Assembly (NCBI GenBank): GCA_023267115.1
Contig: JAHFNV010000003.1
Location: forward strand, 1-41,182
From: Candidatus Nomurabacteria bacterium
GTDB lineage: Bacteria; Patescibacteriota; Minisyncoccia; Phycocordibacterales; UBA9973
DNA: 41,182 bases
Reading direction: 5' to 3'
Shown here: piece after piece, positions 9,257 through 16,899 of the stretch
How the letters are laid out: every line of letters starts with the position of its first letter
How positions within the stretch are numbered: the first letter of the stretch is position 1
Translations under genes and position numbers: made by a program
Notes under the pieces: model-generated
Told to the model about the DNA's origin: nothing
The model's database searches: none
What the model saw: only the letters and a program-made list of their open reading frames with translations

Positions 9257-9688
9257 TTACTTCCACTGGTGCGATCTTGAAATGATTCTGGTTTTGATGG
9301 GCAATTTGCTACCAGCTTTTCTTAAGGCTTCGTTCGCAACCGCTTCTTCCACTCCATCTACCTCAAAAATAATACGGCCCGGTAAAACTGAAAAGCAATA
9401 ACCTTGTGGATCTCCTTTGCCCTTACCCATGCCCATTTCCGCGGCCTTGGCCGTATAGGGACGGTCTGGAAAAATACGAATCCAGTATTTGCCGGCCTTG
9501 GTTAAGGTGCGAGATATCACTTTTCTGGCCGATTCAATTTGGGCTGATTTTACCCGTGCTTCTGTTTCAGATTTCAAACCATAAGAACCAAAAGAAAGAC
9601 GCGTACCCCGAGTACTCGGCGACACCGTTTTGGGGTTAGTGCGACCCGTTTGCCATTTTCTAAATTTTACTTTTTTGGGTATTAACAT
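9257..9688 (-). CDS. rplP: 50S ribosomal protein L16
   Basis: MLIPKKVKFRKWQTGR...GKGKGDPQGY. The start was set at the internal ATG 9688. Confidence 0.92.
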   Translation of the reverse strand: MLIPKKVKFRKWQTGRTNPKTVSPSTRGTRLSFGSYGLKSETEARVKSAQIESARKVISRTLTKAGKYWIRIFPDRPYTAKAAEMGMGKGKGDPQGYCFSVLPGRIIFEVDGVEEAVANEALRKAGSKLPIKTRIISRSHQWK

Positions 9689-9728
9689 GATGTATTTGGT
9701 ATTGAGAGGCAAGGCCTCTCTACTTTCT

Positions 9729-10403
9729 TCATTTTTCTACTTTTTTCTTGTCCGCAAATATTTTACCCCGATAAATCCAAACTTTCACCCCGATGGTTCC
9801 GTAAGGCAAGACGGCGCGTTCGCGCTTAAAATCAATATCCGCGCGAAAAGTCTGGAGTGGAATAGAGCCGCGCTTTAATTCTTCCGTGCGGGCAATTTCA
9901 GCTCCACCAAGCCGACCAGAAAGCACTATTCGAGCGCCTTCCACACCACGCGCCGTCATTACTTTCTCCATAATTTGCTTAATGACGCGGCGATAGGGCA
10001 ACCTCTTTTCTAAACCCTCAGCGATCATATAAGCGACAATACTGGCGTCGGCTTCCGGATTTGATACTTCAATAATTTCCAGTTTAAAATCCTCCGGCCG
10101 AGTCAACTGTAATTTATCCATTTTCTGCAAAATATCTTCTTTTAGTTTCGCTGCTCCTTCACCTGAACGCCCAATAACAAGACCGGGTCGGGAAGTTTTG
10201 ATAATAAATCGGGTCGCTTTCCGACTTCTTTCAATTTCAATGGAAGACACATACATCCCGCGCAGTTTTTTTTCTAAAAACTCTCGTATTAAGACGTCGC
10301 CCCTCAAGTAGTCGCAGTATTTTTTACGATCGGCAAACCAACGGGATCGCCAGTCTCGAAGAATCACCAATCTATGCGCGTATGGGTGGACTATTTTGGA
10401 CAT
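9729..10403 (-). CDS. rpsC: 30S ribosomal protein S3
   Basis: KIVHPYAHRL...KH domain...GRLGGAEIARTE. Confidence 0.95.
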   Translation of the reverse strand: MSKIVHPYAHRLVILRDWRSRWFADRKKYCDYLRGDVLIREFLEKKLRGMYVSSIEIERSRKATRFIIKTSRPGLVIGRSGEGAAKLKEDILQKMDKLQLTRPEDFKLEIIEVSNPEADASIVAYMIAEGLEKRLPYRRVIKQIMEKVMTARGVEGARIVLSGRLGGAEIARTEELKRGSIPLQTFRADIDFKRERAVLPYGTIGVKVWIYRGKIFADKKKVEK

Positions 10404-10714
10404 AAAATTATGGTTACATGGCTGGTGCGTTTGTTAATTTTGTGCCCCGAGCCCATGGCAGCCGGCATCATTCTTTTCATGGTAACACCTTTATCTACTC
10501 GCAATTCTTTAATAAGCAGATTTTCTTTTTCAACCCCTTTTTGGTGAGCATTGGCCACAGCGGAAAGTAAAAGTTTCTTCAGCGGCAAACTGGCGCGCTT
10601 AGCCAAAAAATCAAGCTCTGTTATGGCAGCCGGCACATTTTTCCCTCTTACTAATTCAGCCACCAAACGAACTTTTCGTGGAGACTGCCTATAATTTTTT
10701 AAAAAGGCTTTCAT
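10391..10714 (-). CDS. rplV: 50S ribosomal protein L22
   Basis: YRQSPRKVRLVAELVRGKNV..A...L.F. Confidence 0.92.
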   Translation of the reverse strand: MKAFLKNYRQSPRKVRLVAELVRGKNVPAAITELDFLAKRASLPLKKLLLSAVANAHQKGVEKENLLIKELRVDKGVTMKRMMPAAMGSGHKINKRTSHVTIILCPK

Positions 10715-10745
10715 AATTAATTTTGTTCCACATGTTGTTCCACAT

Positions 10746-10776
10746 GTCAGACATGTGGGATTCCCAGATGTCTGAC
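10746..10776 (-). promoter_or_regulatory. Intercistronic near-perfect hairpin in the rpsS-rplV spacer
   Basis: gtcagacatgtggga / tcccagatgtctgac pairs 14 of 15 positions. It is preceded by a tandem gttccacatgt x2 (10725-10747). Confidence 0.5.
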
Positions 10777-10783
10777 TTGTGGG

Positions 10784-11131
10784 CTATTTCTTTTTAGCAT
10801 CTTCGGCCACGGCCGTCGCGGTCTTGGCCTGGGCGATTTCCGCCTCTTTCTTTTTTTGCTCAAGTTCTTTCTGCATCTTCCCGCCATGCTTCACGAACTT
10901 CTTGGTCGGCGAGAATTCTCCCAAGCGGTGTCCGACCATATCTTCGGTAATGAATACTTCCACGTGAGTCTTGCCATTATGAACCCCAAAAGTGAAACCA
11001 AGCATCTCGGGCGCGATAACACAAGCTCTCTTCCAAGTCTTGATCACGGGAGTCTGGAGCGGATTTTTGCCGGCTATCTTTTTCAAGATTCCTTCATCTA
11101 CGTATATGCCTTTTTTGATTGATCGGGTCAT
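10784..11131 (-). CDS. rpsS: 30S ribosomal protein S19 with a Lys/Glu/Ala-rich C-terminal tail
   Basis: MTRSIKKGIYVDEGILKKI...GHRLGEFSPT. The start was set at the internal ATG 11131. The upstream part of the tracked ORF translates promoter/UTR. Confidence 0.92.
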   Translation of the reverse strand: MTRSIKKGIYVDEGILKKIAGKNPLQTPVIKTWKRACVIAPEMLGFTFGVHNGKTHVEVFITEDMVGHRLGEFSPTKKFVKHGGKMQKELEQKKKEAEIAQAKTATAVAEDAKKK

Positions 11132-11166
11132 AATAAACAAATAGGCTCTCGTTTGAGCCTCGCAAC

Positions 11167-11194
11167 ATAGTAGCAAATTAAAATGTAATGTCAA
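11167..11194 (-). promoter_or_regulatory. Candidate sigma70-type promoter restarting rpsS
   Basis: On the minus strand: TTGACA (11194-11189), 16 nt, TACTAT (11172-11167), immediately after an intrinsic terminator. Confidence 0.5.
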
Positions 11195-11196
11195 AC

Positions 11197-11228
11197 AAAA
11201 AAAATGGGGGGTTCACTAAGAACCCCCC
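11197..11228 (-). terminator. Intrinsic terminator (unit 2)
   Basis: On the minus strand: GGGGGGUUC-UUAGU-GAACCCCCC followed by A + U8. Confidence 0.6.
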
Positions 11229-11360
11229 TGCCAAAAGTAGTCCCTCTTTTTTTTACCACCCCCGGTTGGGGGTGGCTTTTTCACCTCCTTTCTGGTGAGG
11301 GTTGGCGATGGCTTCCAGCCATCGCCAACCCTCTTTAAGGAAAAGTGGATGTGCAAAGTC
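11197..11360 (-). ncRNA. Candidate structured ncRNA unit 2 (about 165 nt, unclassified)
   Basis: Lies downstream of TTGCAT-17-TATACT. It has a 16-bp perfect hairpin at 11297-11333, an 8-bp hairpin at 11256-11275, and a terminator hairpin at 11206-11228 followed by U8. No credible ORF. Confidence 0.45.
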
Positions 11361-11366
11361 AGTTTC

Positions 11367-11395
11367 AGTATATTACCAATCTAAAAAAAATGCAA
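11367..11395 (-). promoter_or_regulatory. Candidate promoter of ncRNA unit 2
   Basis: On the minus strand: TTGCAT (11395-11390), 17 nt, TATACT (11372-11367). The TTGCATT..TTTTAGATT block is repeated at the unit 1 promoter. Confidence 0.45.
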
Positions 11396-11419
11396 CCAGA
11401 AATAGGGGATAAAAAATTA

Positions 11420-11457
11420 TAAAAAAGAAAGGGGCCTCGAGCACAAGCTCGAGGCCC
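11420..11457 (-). terminator. Intrinsic terminator (unit 1)
   Basis: On the minus strand: GGGCCUCGAGC-UUGU-GCUCGAGGCCC followed by CUUUCUUUUUU. Confidence 0.6.
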
Positions 11458-11610
11458 TATATGTGGGCTTCGCTGGCAGATTCCCGCCTTTCGGCGGGAA
11501 TAAGGCAGATTTTGGGGAGCTTGGTCGGGCTCCCCATGAGGAGATCTTGCCAATAACATTGGCAAAACCTTTTGCCCCCGCGCCTAGTCGCGGGGGGACA
11601 GCGATCCACT
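11421..11610 (-). ncRNA. Candidate structured ncRNA unit 1 (about 190 nt, unclassified)
   Basis: A closing helix pairs 11600-11609 with 11463-11474. Four GC-rich hairpins lie at 11575-11597, 11547-11565, 11514-11535 and 11480-11501 (the last has a GAAA loop on the minus strand), followed by a terminator. Confidence 0.45.
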
Positions 11611-11613
11611 TTT

Positions 11614-11641
11614 ACTTTATCATTAATCTAAAAGAATGCAA
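11614..11641 (-). promoter_or_regulatory. Candidate promoter of ncRNA unit 1
   Basis: On the minus strand: TTGCAT (11641-11636), 16 nt containing TGA, TAAAGT (11619-11614). This is an extended -10-like arrangement, directly after the rplB stop. Confidence 0.4.
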
Positions 11642-11662
11642 ACAGATTTTTTGTTAAGCACC

Positions 11663-12502
11663 TTACTTATTTTTACCCGTGCGGCGGCGGGAAACTATAA
11701 AAACATTGGAGTACTTTTTCGGAGTGCGGGTTTTGCGACCGCCGGTGACTTTGCCCCACATGGTTTTCGGGCGCTTGGTGCCACGGCCTTGCCGACCTTC
11801 ACCGCCGCCATATGGATGATCCACTGGGTTCATAGCGGTACCGCGAACCGTCGGGCGAATACCCCTCCAGCGACTGCGACCCGCTTTGCCGTAATTTACC
11901 AAATGATGTTCTTCGTTTGAGACAACACCCACCGAGGCCCAACAATTTTCGTTTATCCTTCTAATTTCTGATGAGGGCATTTTTATATTGGTATATCCAT
12001 CGGTATTGGCCACCACTTGGGCGAAGATTCCAGCCGAACGGCCGATTTTCGCCCCGCCATGCGGATTTATTTCAATATTATAGACAAAAGTTCCAACCGG
12101 AATATTGCGTAATGGCAATCTATTGCCCGGGTTTAATTCCGCTTTTTCGGAAACAATAAAAGAGTCGCCTGATTTTACCGATTTTGGCAAAACAACATAT
12201 CTTTTCTCTCCATCTTTGTAAACGGCCAAACCAATAAAGGCCGAGCGATTGGGATCGTATTCGACAGATTTTATTTTAGCGGGAATTTCTTTCTTATCAT
12301 ATAAAAAATCAACTTGACGATAAAGACGCTTATGCCCCCCGCCCTTGTGCCTTACAGTAATGCGTCCTTGGCTATTGCGTCCAACTGCGCGTTTCCTGCC
12401 ATAAGTCAGAGATTTAGTCGGCGGGAACTTAGTCAAAATATCGTGATAATTGACATTCGTCATTTGCCTTCTTGATTTGCTTGTTGGTTTATATGTTTTC
12501 AT
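11663..12502 (-). CDS. rplB: 50S ribosomal protein L2
   Basis: GRNSQGRITVRHKGGGHKR...MNPVDHPYGGGEGR. Confidence 0.96.
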   Translation of the reverse strand: MKTYKPTSKSRRQMTNVNYHDILTKFPPTKSLTYGRKRAVGRNSQGRITVRHKGGGHKRLYRQVDFLYDKKEIPAKIKSVEYDPNRSAFIGLAVYKDGEKRYVVLPKSVKSGDSFIVSEKAELNPGNRLPLRNIPVGTFVYNIEINPHGGAKIGRSAGIFAQVVANTDGYTNIKMPSSEIRRINENCWASVGVVSNEEHHLVNYGKAGRSRWRGIRPTVRGTAMNPVDHPYGGGEGRQGRGTKRPKTMWGKVTGGRKTRTPKKYSNVFIVSRRRTGKNK

Positions 12503-12507
12503 CGTGA

Positions 12508-12774
12508 TTATATTTCTATTTTGTCGCCTTTTTTCAGGTAGACCAGTGCTTTCCAGCCACCTGTTTTTACTCCAGATTTTCCTCGAACAAGAATATGTTT
12601 ATCGGCTACTTTCAACAGGTTAATTTTAGTCGGCTTAACTTTATAAAGCGCCAATATCGCTTTTTTTATTTCTGTTTTGTTGGCGGACGGTAAAACATCA
12701 AAAGTGTACACATTTTGCTCAAGCATTTTGCTCGCTTTCTCGGTTACTCTGGGGTTTTTTATTATATTGGACAT
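12508..12774 (-). CDS. rplW: 50S ribosomal protein L23
   Basis: PRVTEKASKMLEQNVYTFDV... Confidence 0.9.
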   Translation of the reverse strand: MSNIIKNPRVTEKASKMLEQNVYTFDVLPSANKTEIKKAILALYKVKPTKINLLKVADKHILVRGKSGVKTGGWKALVYLKKGDKIEI

Positions 12775-12778
12775 AAAC

Positions 12779-13438
12779 TTAACCTCTAGATTCTAAAAAC
12801 TTTATGCTGGCTGCTGGATTTTCTATTAAAAGATATTGGTAATTTAAAATTTGCAACGGATTTAAATTCTTCACAAAAACCAATTCTAATTGGGGCAAGT
12901 TCCTGAAACTTTTTTCGGTTTTTTCATTTCGCTCAAAAAGAGCAACTAGCACTCTGGGCTTTTTGGAAGCGATTAGCGCTTTCCAACCCGAAGCTTTTGA
13001 TAAATTCTTGGCAACCTCCAAAGCTCCTGTGGTTTTCACAAAAGGCAAAGAAAGTGAATCAACAAAAAATATTTCACCGTCTTTCATTTTCTTGGCAAGC
13101 ACGGAAAAAAGAGCCTGAGCGCGCATTTTCTTGGAAATTTTTCTTTTATAATTCTTTTCCTTAATCGGTCCATGGGTAACACCTCCGCCAACCCAAATAG
13201 GAGAACGTATTGACCCGTGGCGGGCGCGCCCTGTTCCTTTTTGTTTCCAGGGTTTCCTGCCTCCGCCACGAACCTCCCCGCGATCTTTAGTGTCAGCCGT
13301 TCCGGCGCGCAAATTTCCACGCATGCTCTCTACCACCTGATGCACCAAATCCGCGCGCCATTTAGCGGCGAAAACTTTAGCTGGAAGATCTATTTTCCCG
13401 ACCTCTTTCCCTTTTTGATTGTATACTTTTGCTTCCAT
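12779..13438 (-). CDS. rplD: 50S ribosomal protein L4
   Basis: GGGRKPWKQKGTGRARHGSIRSPIWVGGGVTHGP. Confidence 0.95.
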   Translation of the reverse strand: MEAKVYNQKGKEVGKIDLPAKVFAAKWRADLVHQVVESMRGNLRAGTADTKDRGEVRGGGRKPWKQKGTGRARHGSIRSPIWVGGGVTHGPIKEKNYKRKISKKMRAQALFSVLAKKMKDGEIFFVDSLSLPFVKTTGALEVAKNLSKASGWKALIASKKPRVLVALFERNEKTEKSFRNLPQLELVFVKNLNPLQILNYQYLLIENPAASIKFLESRG

Positions 13439-13459
13439 GATTTTAAAATTTTTCTCTTC

Positions 13460-13495
13460 AAGGTCTTGCCTTGGACTCCATTAAGGCAAGACCTT
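13460..13495 (-). promoter_or_regulatory. Intercistronic 13-bp perfect hairpin (rplC-rplD spacer)
   Basis: aaggtcttgcctt (13460-13472) pairs with aaggcaagacctt (13483-13495) across a 10-nt loop. Confidence 0.5.
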
Positions 13496-13506
13496 TTCCC
13501 GAAAAA

Positions 13507-14124
13507 TTATCTACTAACAATTTCAACCAAAGATCCGCGCCTGCCTGCTACCGCTCCCTTTACCAACATTAAATTATTCTCTTTATCTATAAAAACGACT
13601 TTCAAATTTTTCTGGGTAATTCTACCAGAACCCATTCGACCAGCCATTCTCATGCCAGCCGGCACGCGGGTTCGCAGACCCCCACCAATGGACCCTGGTT
13701 CTCTTTCGGAGTGTTTCTGGCCATGGGTGCGAGGACCACCGTGGAAACCATGACGCTTCACCACTCCTTGAAAACCTTTCCCTTTGGAGATGCTTGAAAT
13801 TTTAATCTTGTCGCCTGGAGCAAAAACTGAAACATCAATTATATCGCCAACTTTCCTGTCATTTTGATCTGCCGTCTTTAATCTAAATTCTTTAAGAACC
13901 TTATAAAGCCCACCTCTCATTTGGCCTAAATGGGCCTTGCTGATCTTATGTTTCTTTCCACTACCAAAACCGACTTGGACGGAATCATAGCCATCTTTAG
14001 ATTTTTCGAAGACTCTAGTGATGGTCACTGGCCCGGCTGAAACAACCGTCACTGGAACGACCTGGCCGTCTTGTTCAAAATATTCGGTCATATTCTCTTT
14101 TGTTCCAAGAATGAATTTTGTCAT
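13507..14124 (-). CDS. rplC: 50S ribosomal protein L3
   Basis: GKGFQGVVKRHGFHGGPRTHGQ..HSEREPGSIG. Confidence 0.95.
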   Translation of the reverse strand: MTKFILGTKENMTEYFEQDGQVVPVTVVSAGPVTITRVFEKSKDGYDSVQVGFGSGKKHKISKAHLGQMRGGLYKVLKEFRLKTADQNDRKVGDIIDVSVFAPGDKIKISSISKGKGFQGVVKRHGFHGGPRTHGQKHSEREPGSIGGGLRTRVPAGMRMAGRMGSGRITQKNLKVVFIDKENNLMLVKGAVAGRRGSLVEIVSR

Positions 14125-14184
14125 GTTTTGTTTCAGTCCGCCATAGGCGGATTTTGAAAATATAGTCGCAAAGTTCCTTATTTT

Positions 14185-14631
14185 CTACAACATCTTCACA
14201 TCAATATCGACTCCGGAAGGAAGCGACAAATTGGTCAGGGCTTCAATTGTTTTTTGATTTGGATTAATAATGTCAATTAATCGCTTATGTATCCGAATCT
14301 CAAATTGTTCTCGTGAGTTTTTGTAAATAAACGCTGAACGATTAACCGTGTATTTTTTAATCTCGGTGGGTAACGGTACCGGTCCGACAATTAGAGCATC
14401 GTAACGTATAGCGGTATCGATAATTTGCTTCACCGACGCATCTAGGATTTTGTTTTCGTAAGCGCGAACTCTAATCCGAAGTACCACTTTGTTTTCTGCT
14501 CCAACCTTCTGCCTACTGGTAGATAGAGCTGGACGAGCAAGTTTTGCTTTGAGCTTAGTAGTTGGCTTTGGAGTTTTTGTCTTTGGCTTGGTCGAGATTT
14601 TCCTTTTTTTTATTTTTGTTTCTGTTGCCAT
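14185..14631 (-). CDS. rpsJ: 30S ribosomal protein S10 with an N-terminal extension of about 45 aa rich in Lys/Thr/Pro
   Basis: LRIRVRAYENKILD...VGPVPLPT..K.YTVNRS.F..K.SREQFE.R.HKRLIDI. Confidence 0.93.
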   Translation of the reverse strand: MATETKIKKRKISTKPKTKTPKPTTKLKAKLARPALSTSRQKVGAENKVVLRIRVRAYENKILDASVKQIIDTAIRYDALIVGPVPLPTEIKKYTVNRSAFIYKNSREQFEIRIHKRLIDIINPNQKTIEALTNLSLPSGVDIDVKML

Positions 14632-14705
14632 TTATTTAGGCTCTAGGTTTTAGGAATTTTGGGTTTTGATTTTTTTGCTGGCCCCTAAGAGTAGTCATAT
14701 TTGCG

Positions 14706-15899
14706 CTATTTCAGAATTTTAGTAACCACGCCGGCACCGACGGTTTTACCTCCCTCACGAATGGCAAATCTTTGTTGTTCATCAAGCGCCACCGGAGTAA
14801 CCAATTTTACCGTGATTTTGATTGTATCCCCAGGCATAACCATCTCCGTTCCTTCCGCCAAAACAACATCACCGGTAACATCCGTTGTCCGAATGTAAAA
14901 TTGAGGTTTATAACCACTAAAAAAAGGAGTATGGCGTCCACCTTCTTCTTTTTTCAAAACATATATCTCGCAGGTAAAATTGTCGTGAGGGGTGACAGTG
15001 CCCGGCTTGGCCAAAACTTGTCCGCGAGTAATGTCTTCTTTCTTCAATCCGCGCAAAAGAATACCGGCATTGTCTCCAGCCATTCCTTCTTGCAAATTTT
15101 TGTTGAACATTTCAATTCCGGTAACAGTTGTTTTTTGAGTCGGCTTAATACCCACAATTTCAACTTCTTCTCCGACTTTTACCACTCCCCGCTCAATTTT
15201 TCCGGTCACCACTGTACCACGACCTTCAATAGAAAATATATCTTCAACCGGCATAAGAAACGGCTTCTCTATATCACGCACCGGAACCGGAATATATGTA
15301 TCAAGCGCATTCACCAATTGAAGAATCTTTTTGGCCCATTCATCGTCAACCGACTTGGATTCAAGAGCTTTTAAGGCGCTACCGCGAATGACGGGGACAT
15401 TGGCGCCATCAAAACCTTGCTTGGTTAAAAGTTCGCGAATTTCTTCTTCCACTAAATCAATCATATCTTTATCGTCAACCATATCGCACTTGTTGAGAAA
15501 CACAATCATCTTCGGTACCCCGACTTGCCTGGCCAAGAGCACGTGTTCGCGCGTCTGTGGCATAGCACCATCGGTCGCCGCCACCACCAAAATAGAGCCG
15601 TCCATTTGAGCCGCGCCAGTAATCATGTTTTTGATGTAATCGGCATGCCCTGGAGCATCAATGTGCGCATAGTGGCGAGCATCGGTTGAATATTCGTTGT
15701 GTGAAATATTAATAGTGATGCCACGAGCTTTTTCTTCCGGCGCATTATCAATCTGATCAACCCCTCTTAATCTCACTTGTTTTCCCGCCATGTTTAAAAC
15801 ATGCAGGATGGCCGCGGTCAAAGTCGTCTTGCCATGATCAACGTGACCAATGGTACCGACATTAATATGCGGTCTGTCTCTTTTAAATTCTTCTGCCAT
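14706..15899 (-). CDS. tuf: Elongation factor Tu
   Basis: [25 protein letters not shown], and GRHTPF near the C-terminus. Confidence 0.98.
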   Translation of the reverse strand: MAEEFKRDRPHINVGTIGHVDHGKTTLTAAILHVLNMAGKQVRLRGVDQIDNAPEEKARGITINISHNEYSTDARHYAHIDAPGHADYIKNMITGAAQMDGSILVVAATDGAMPQTREHVLLARQVGVPKMIVFLNKCDMVDDKDMIDLVEEEIRELLTKQGFDGANVPVIRGSALKALESKSVDDEWAKKILQLVNALDTYIPVPVRDIEKPFLMPVEDIFSIEGRGTVVTGKIERGVVKVGEEVEIVGIKPTQKTTVTGIEMFNKNLQEGMAGDNAGILLRGLKKEDITRGQVLAKPGTVTPHDNFTCEIYVLKKEEGGRHTPFFSGYKPQFYIRTTDVTGDVVLAEGTEMVMPGDTIKITVKLVTPVALDEQQRFAIREGGKTVGAGVVTKILK

Positions 15900-15991
15900 A
15901 TTTTTTATTTATTAAATCTTATAATGCCAAACCGCTTTTGCGGTTGCCAAAAAATCGGCAACATAAAAACCGCAAAAGTGCAGTTGTCAAC

Positions 15992-16019
15992 ATACTAACA
16001 AATTAAAAAGTATTGTCAA
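15992..16019 (-). promoter_or_regulatory. Candidate tuf promoter
   Basis: On the minus strand: TTGACA (16019-16014), 16 nt, TAGTAT (15997-15992). An 11-bp inverted repeat cttttgcggtt/aaccgcaaaag lies in the UTR. Confidence 0.4.
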
Positions 16020-16034
16020 ATTAGAAGATGGCCA

Positions 16035-16601
16035 TTAGCTAGAAAAAATAATTTCTATTTTCTTATCCTTGAATTCAGATAAATGCTCTAGGAGTTTTAT
16101 CGCCAAATGATTAGGCAAGTTGTCGTAATTTTCAATATCAGGAGTAATGTTTACTTTTAGTTTGCTAAGTTCATCTTTGGTTTTAAAATCAAGAACTGTA
16201 AGCGTCCCCGATCTTTTTCTCTCTACAATGGAACGTAAAACTTTTTTCTCTTTATCAGTTACCTGCATAGCATCAACCATTTTATAGTATAAATCTGGCG
16301 CTGATTCAAGATTCTTTTGTGTAGTAATTAGGACGGTGATCTTATTAACCGCCAAACCCTTTTCCATATAATCAAGCATCTTTTTCGCCAGTAGAAATAC
16401 TTCTTTACGAGTATGCCAAATCTGCGCCCCTTTTTTCTCATCTTCTGGGAAGGTACCTATTGCTATCCTGTAAGCCGTAAAAAGTTCGTCGCTTGAAAAG
16501 TTGTGATACTCGCAAAACGAAATAAGGTCGTTTATCTGTTCTTTTTCTAAACTGCTACTCCCTCCCGCCGGCGGTTCAAATTGATTTTTCATTAAGGACA
16601 A
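16035..16601 (-). CDS. Hypothetical protein (188 aa) inserted between fusA and tuf
   Basis: Long clean ORF with no motif I can recognise. Confidence 0.5.
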   Translation of the reverse strand: MSLMKNQFEPPAGGSSSLEKEQINDLISFCEYHNFSSDELFTAYRIAIGTFPEDEKKGAQIWHTRKEVFLLAKKMLDYMEKGLAVNKITVLITTQKNLESAPDLYYKMVDAMQVTDKEKKVLRSIVERKRSGTLTVLDFKTKDELSKLKVNITPDIENYDNLPNHLAIKLLEHLSEFKDKKIEIIFSS

Positions 16602-16614
16602 TATAGCTCTTTAG

Positions 16615-16899
16615 TTAAGTTTTAGCAATTCGAACTTCCTCACATAGCTTTTTTATTTCCATCTCTGGATTTTTGGATTGGGTAATCTGCCTACCGATAA
16701 CTAAGTAATCTGCCCCATTTCTAACAGCCTCAAGTGGAGTGCTAATTCTAGTTTGATCATTAACACCGACCCCGAGAGAGCGAATTCCTCCAATATCAAG
16801 GGTTACCCTTGATATTTTACCATCAGCAAAGACCCCAAAGGGCCCTTCCTTAAAGTTCTCTTCGTAAGTTTTTTCTGGATCATAGGATGGGGTAAGCAT
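16615..16899 (-). pseudogene. C-terminal remnant of an orotidine-5'-phosphate decarboxylase (PyrF-family) gene
   Basis: GGIRSLGVGVNDQTRISTPLEAVRNGADYLVIGRQITQSKNP matches the PyrF C-terminal GIR..DQ.R..TP..A...GAD.LV.GR.IT...P pattern. The ORF is only 94 aa and is preceded by about 300 bp of non-coding DNA. Confidence 0.6.

Noticed and set aside
11256-11300. A 16S rRNA gene fragment on the plus strand (tcacctcctttc equals the 16S 3' tail)
   Set aside because: The identity is only 12 nt. The flanks do not resemble helix 45 or the ITS.
11197-11610. Identifying the structured spacer as RNase P RNA, SRP (4.5S) RNA, tmRNA or 6S RNA
   Set aside because: I could not find the diagnostic sequences: GGAAAGUCCGGGC / ACAGAA for RNase P, the AGCA / GGAA domain IV for SRP, or the GGGG...UCCACCA tRNA-like ends and tag ORF for tmRNA. 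The fold is multi-branched rather than the long 6S-type duplex. It is left unclassified.
11365-11657. The ORFs 11365-11565 (minus, 66 aa) and 11463-11657 (plus, 64 aa) in the rplB-rpsS spacer as protein genes
   Set aside because: Both translate back-to-back GC hairpin arms and give Pro/Arg/Gly-rich strings. They have no start context and overlap each other on opposite strands. The region is better explained as structured RNA.
13084-13320. Same-strand alternative-frame ORFs inside real genes (13084-13320, 19053-19331, 26702-26935, 29997-30200, 33048-33236, 40703-40954)
   Set aside because: They are nested in well-supported CDSs in another frame and have no independent signals.
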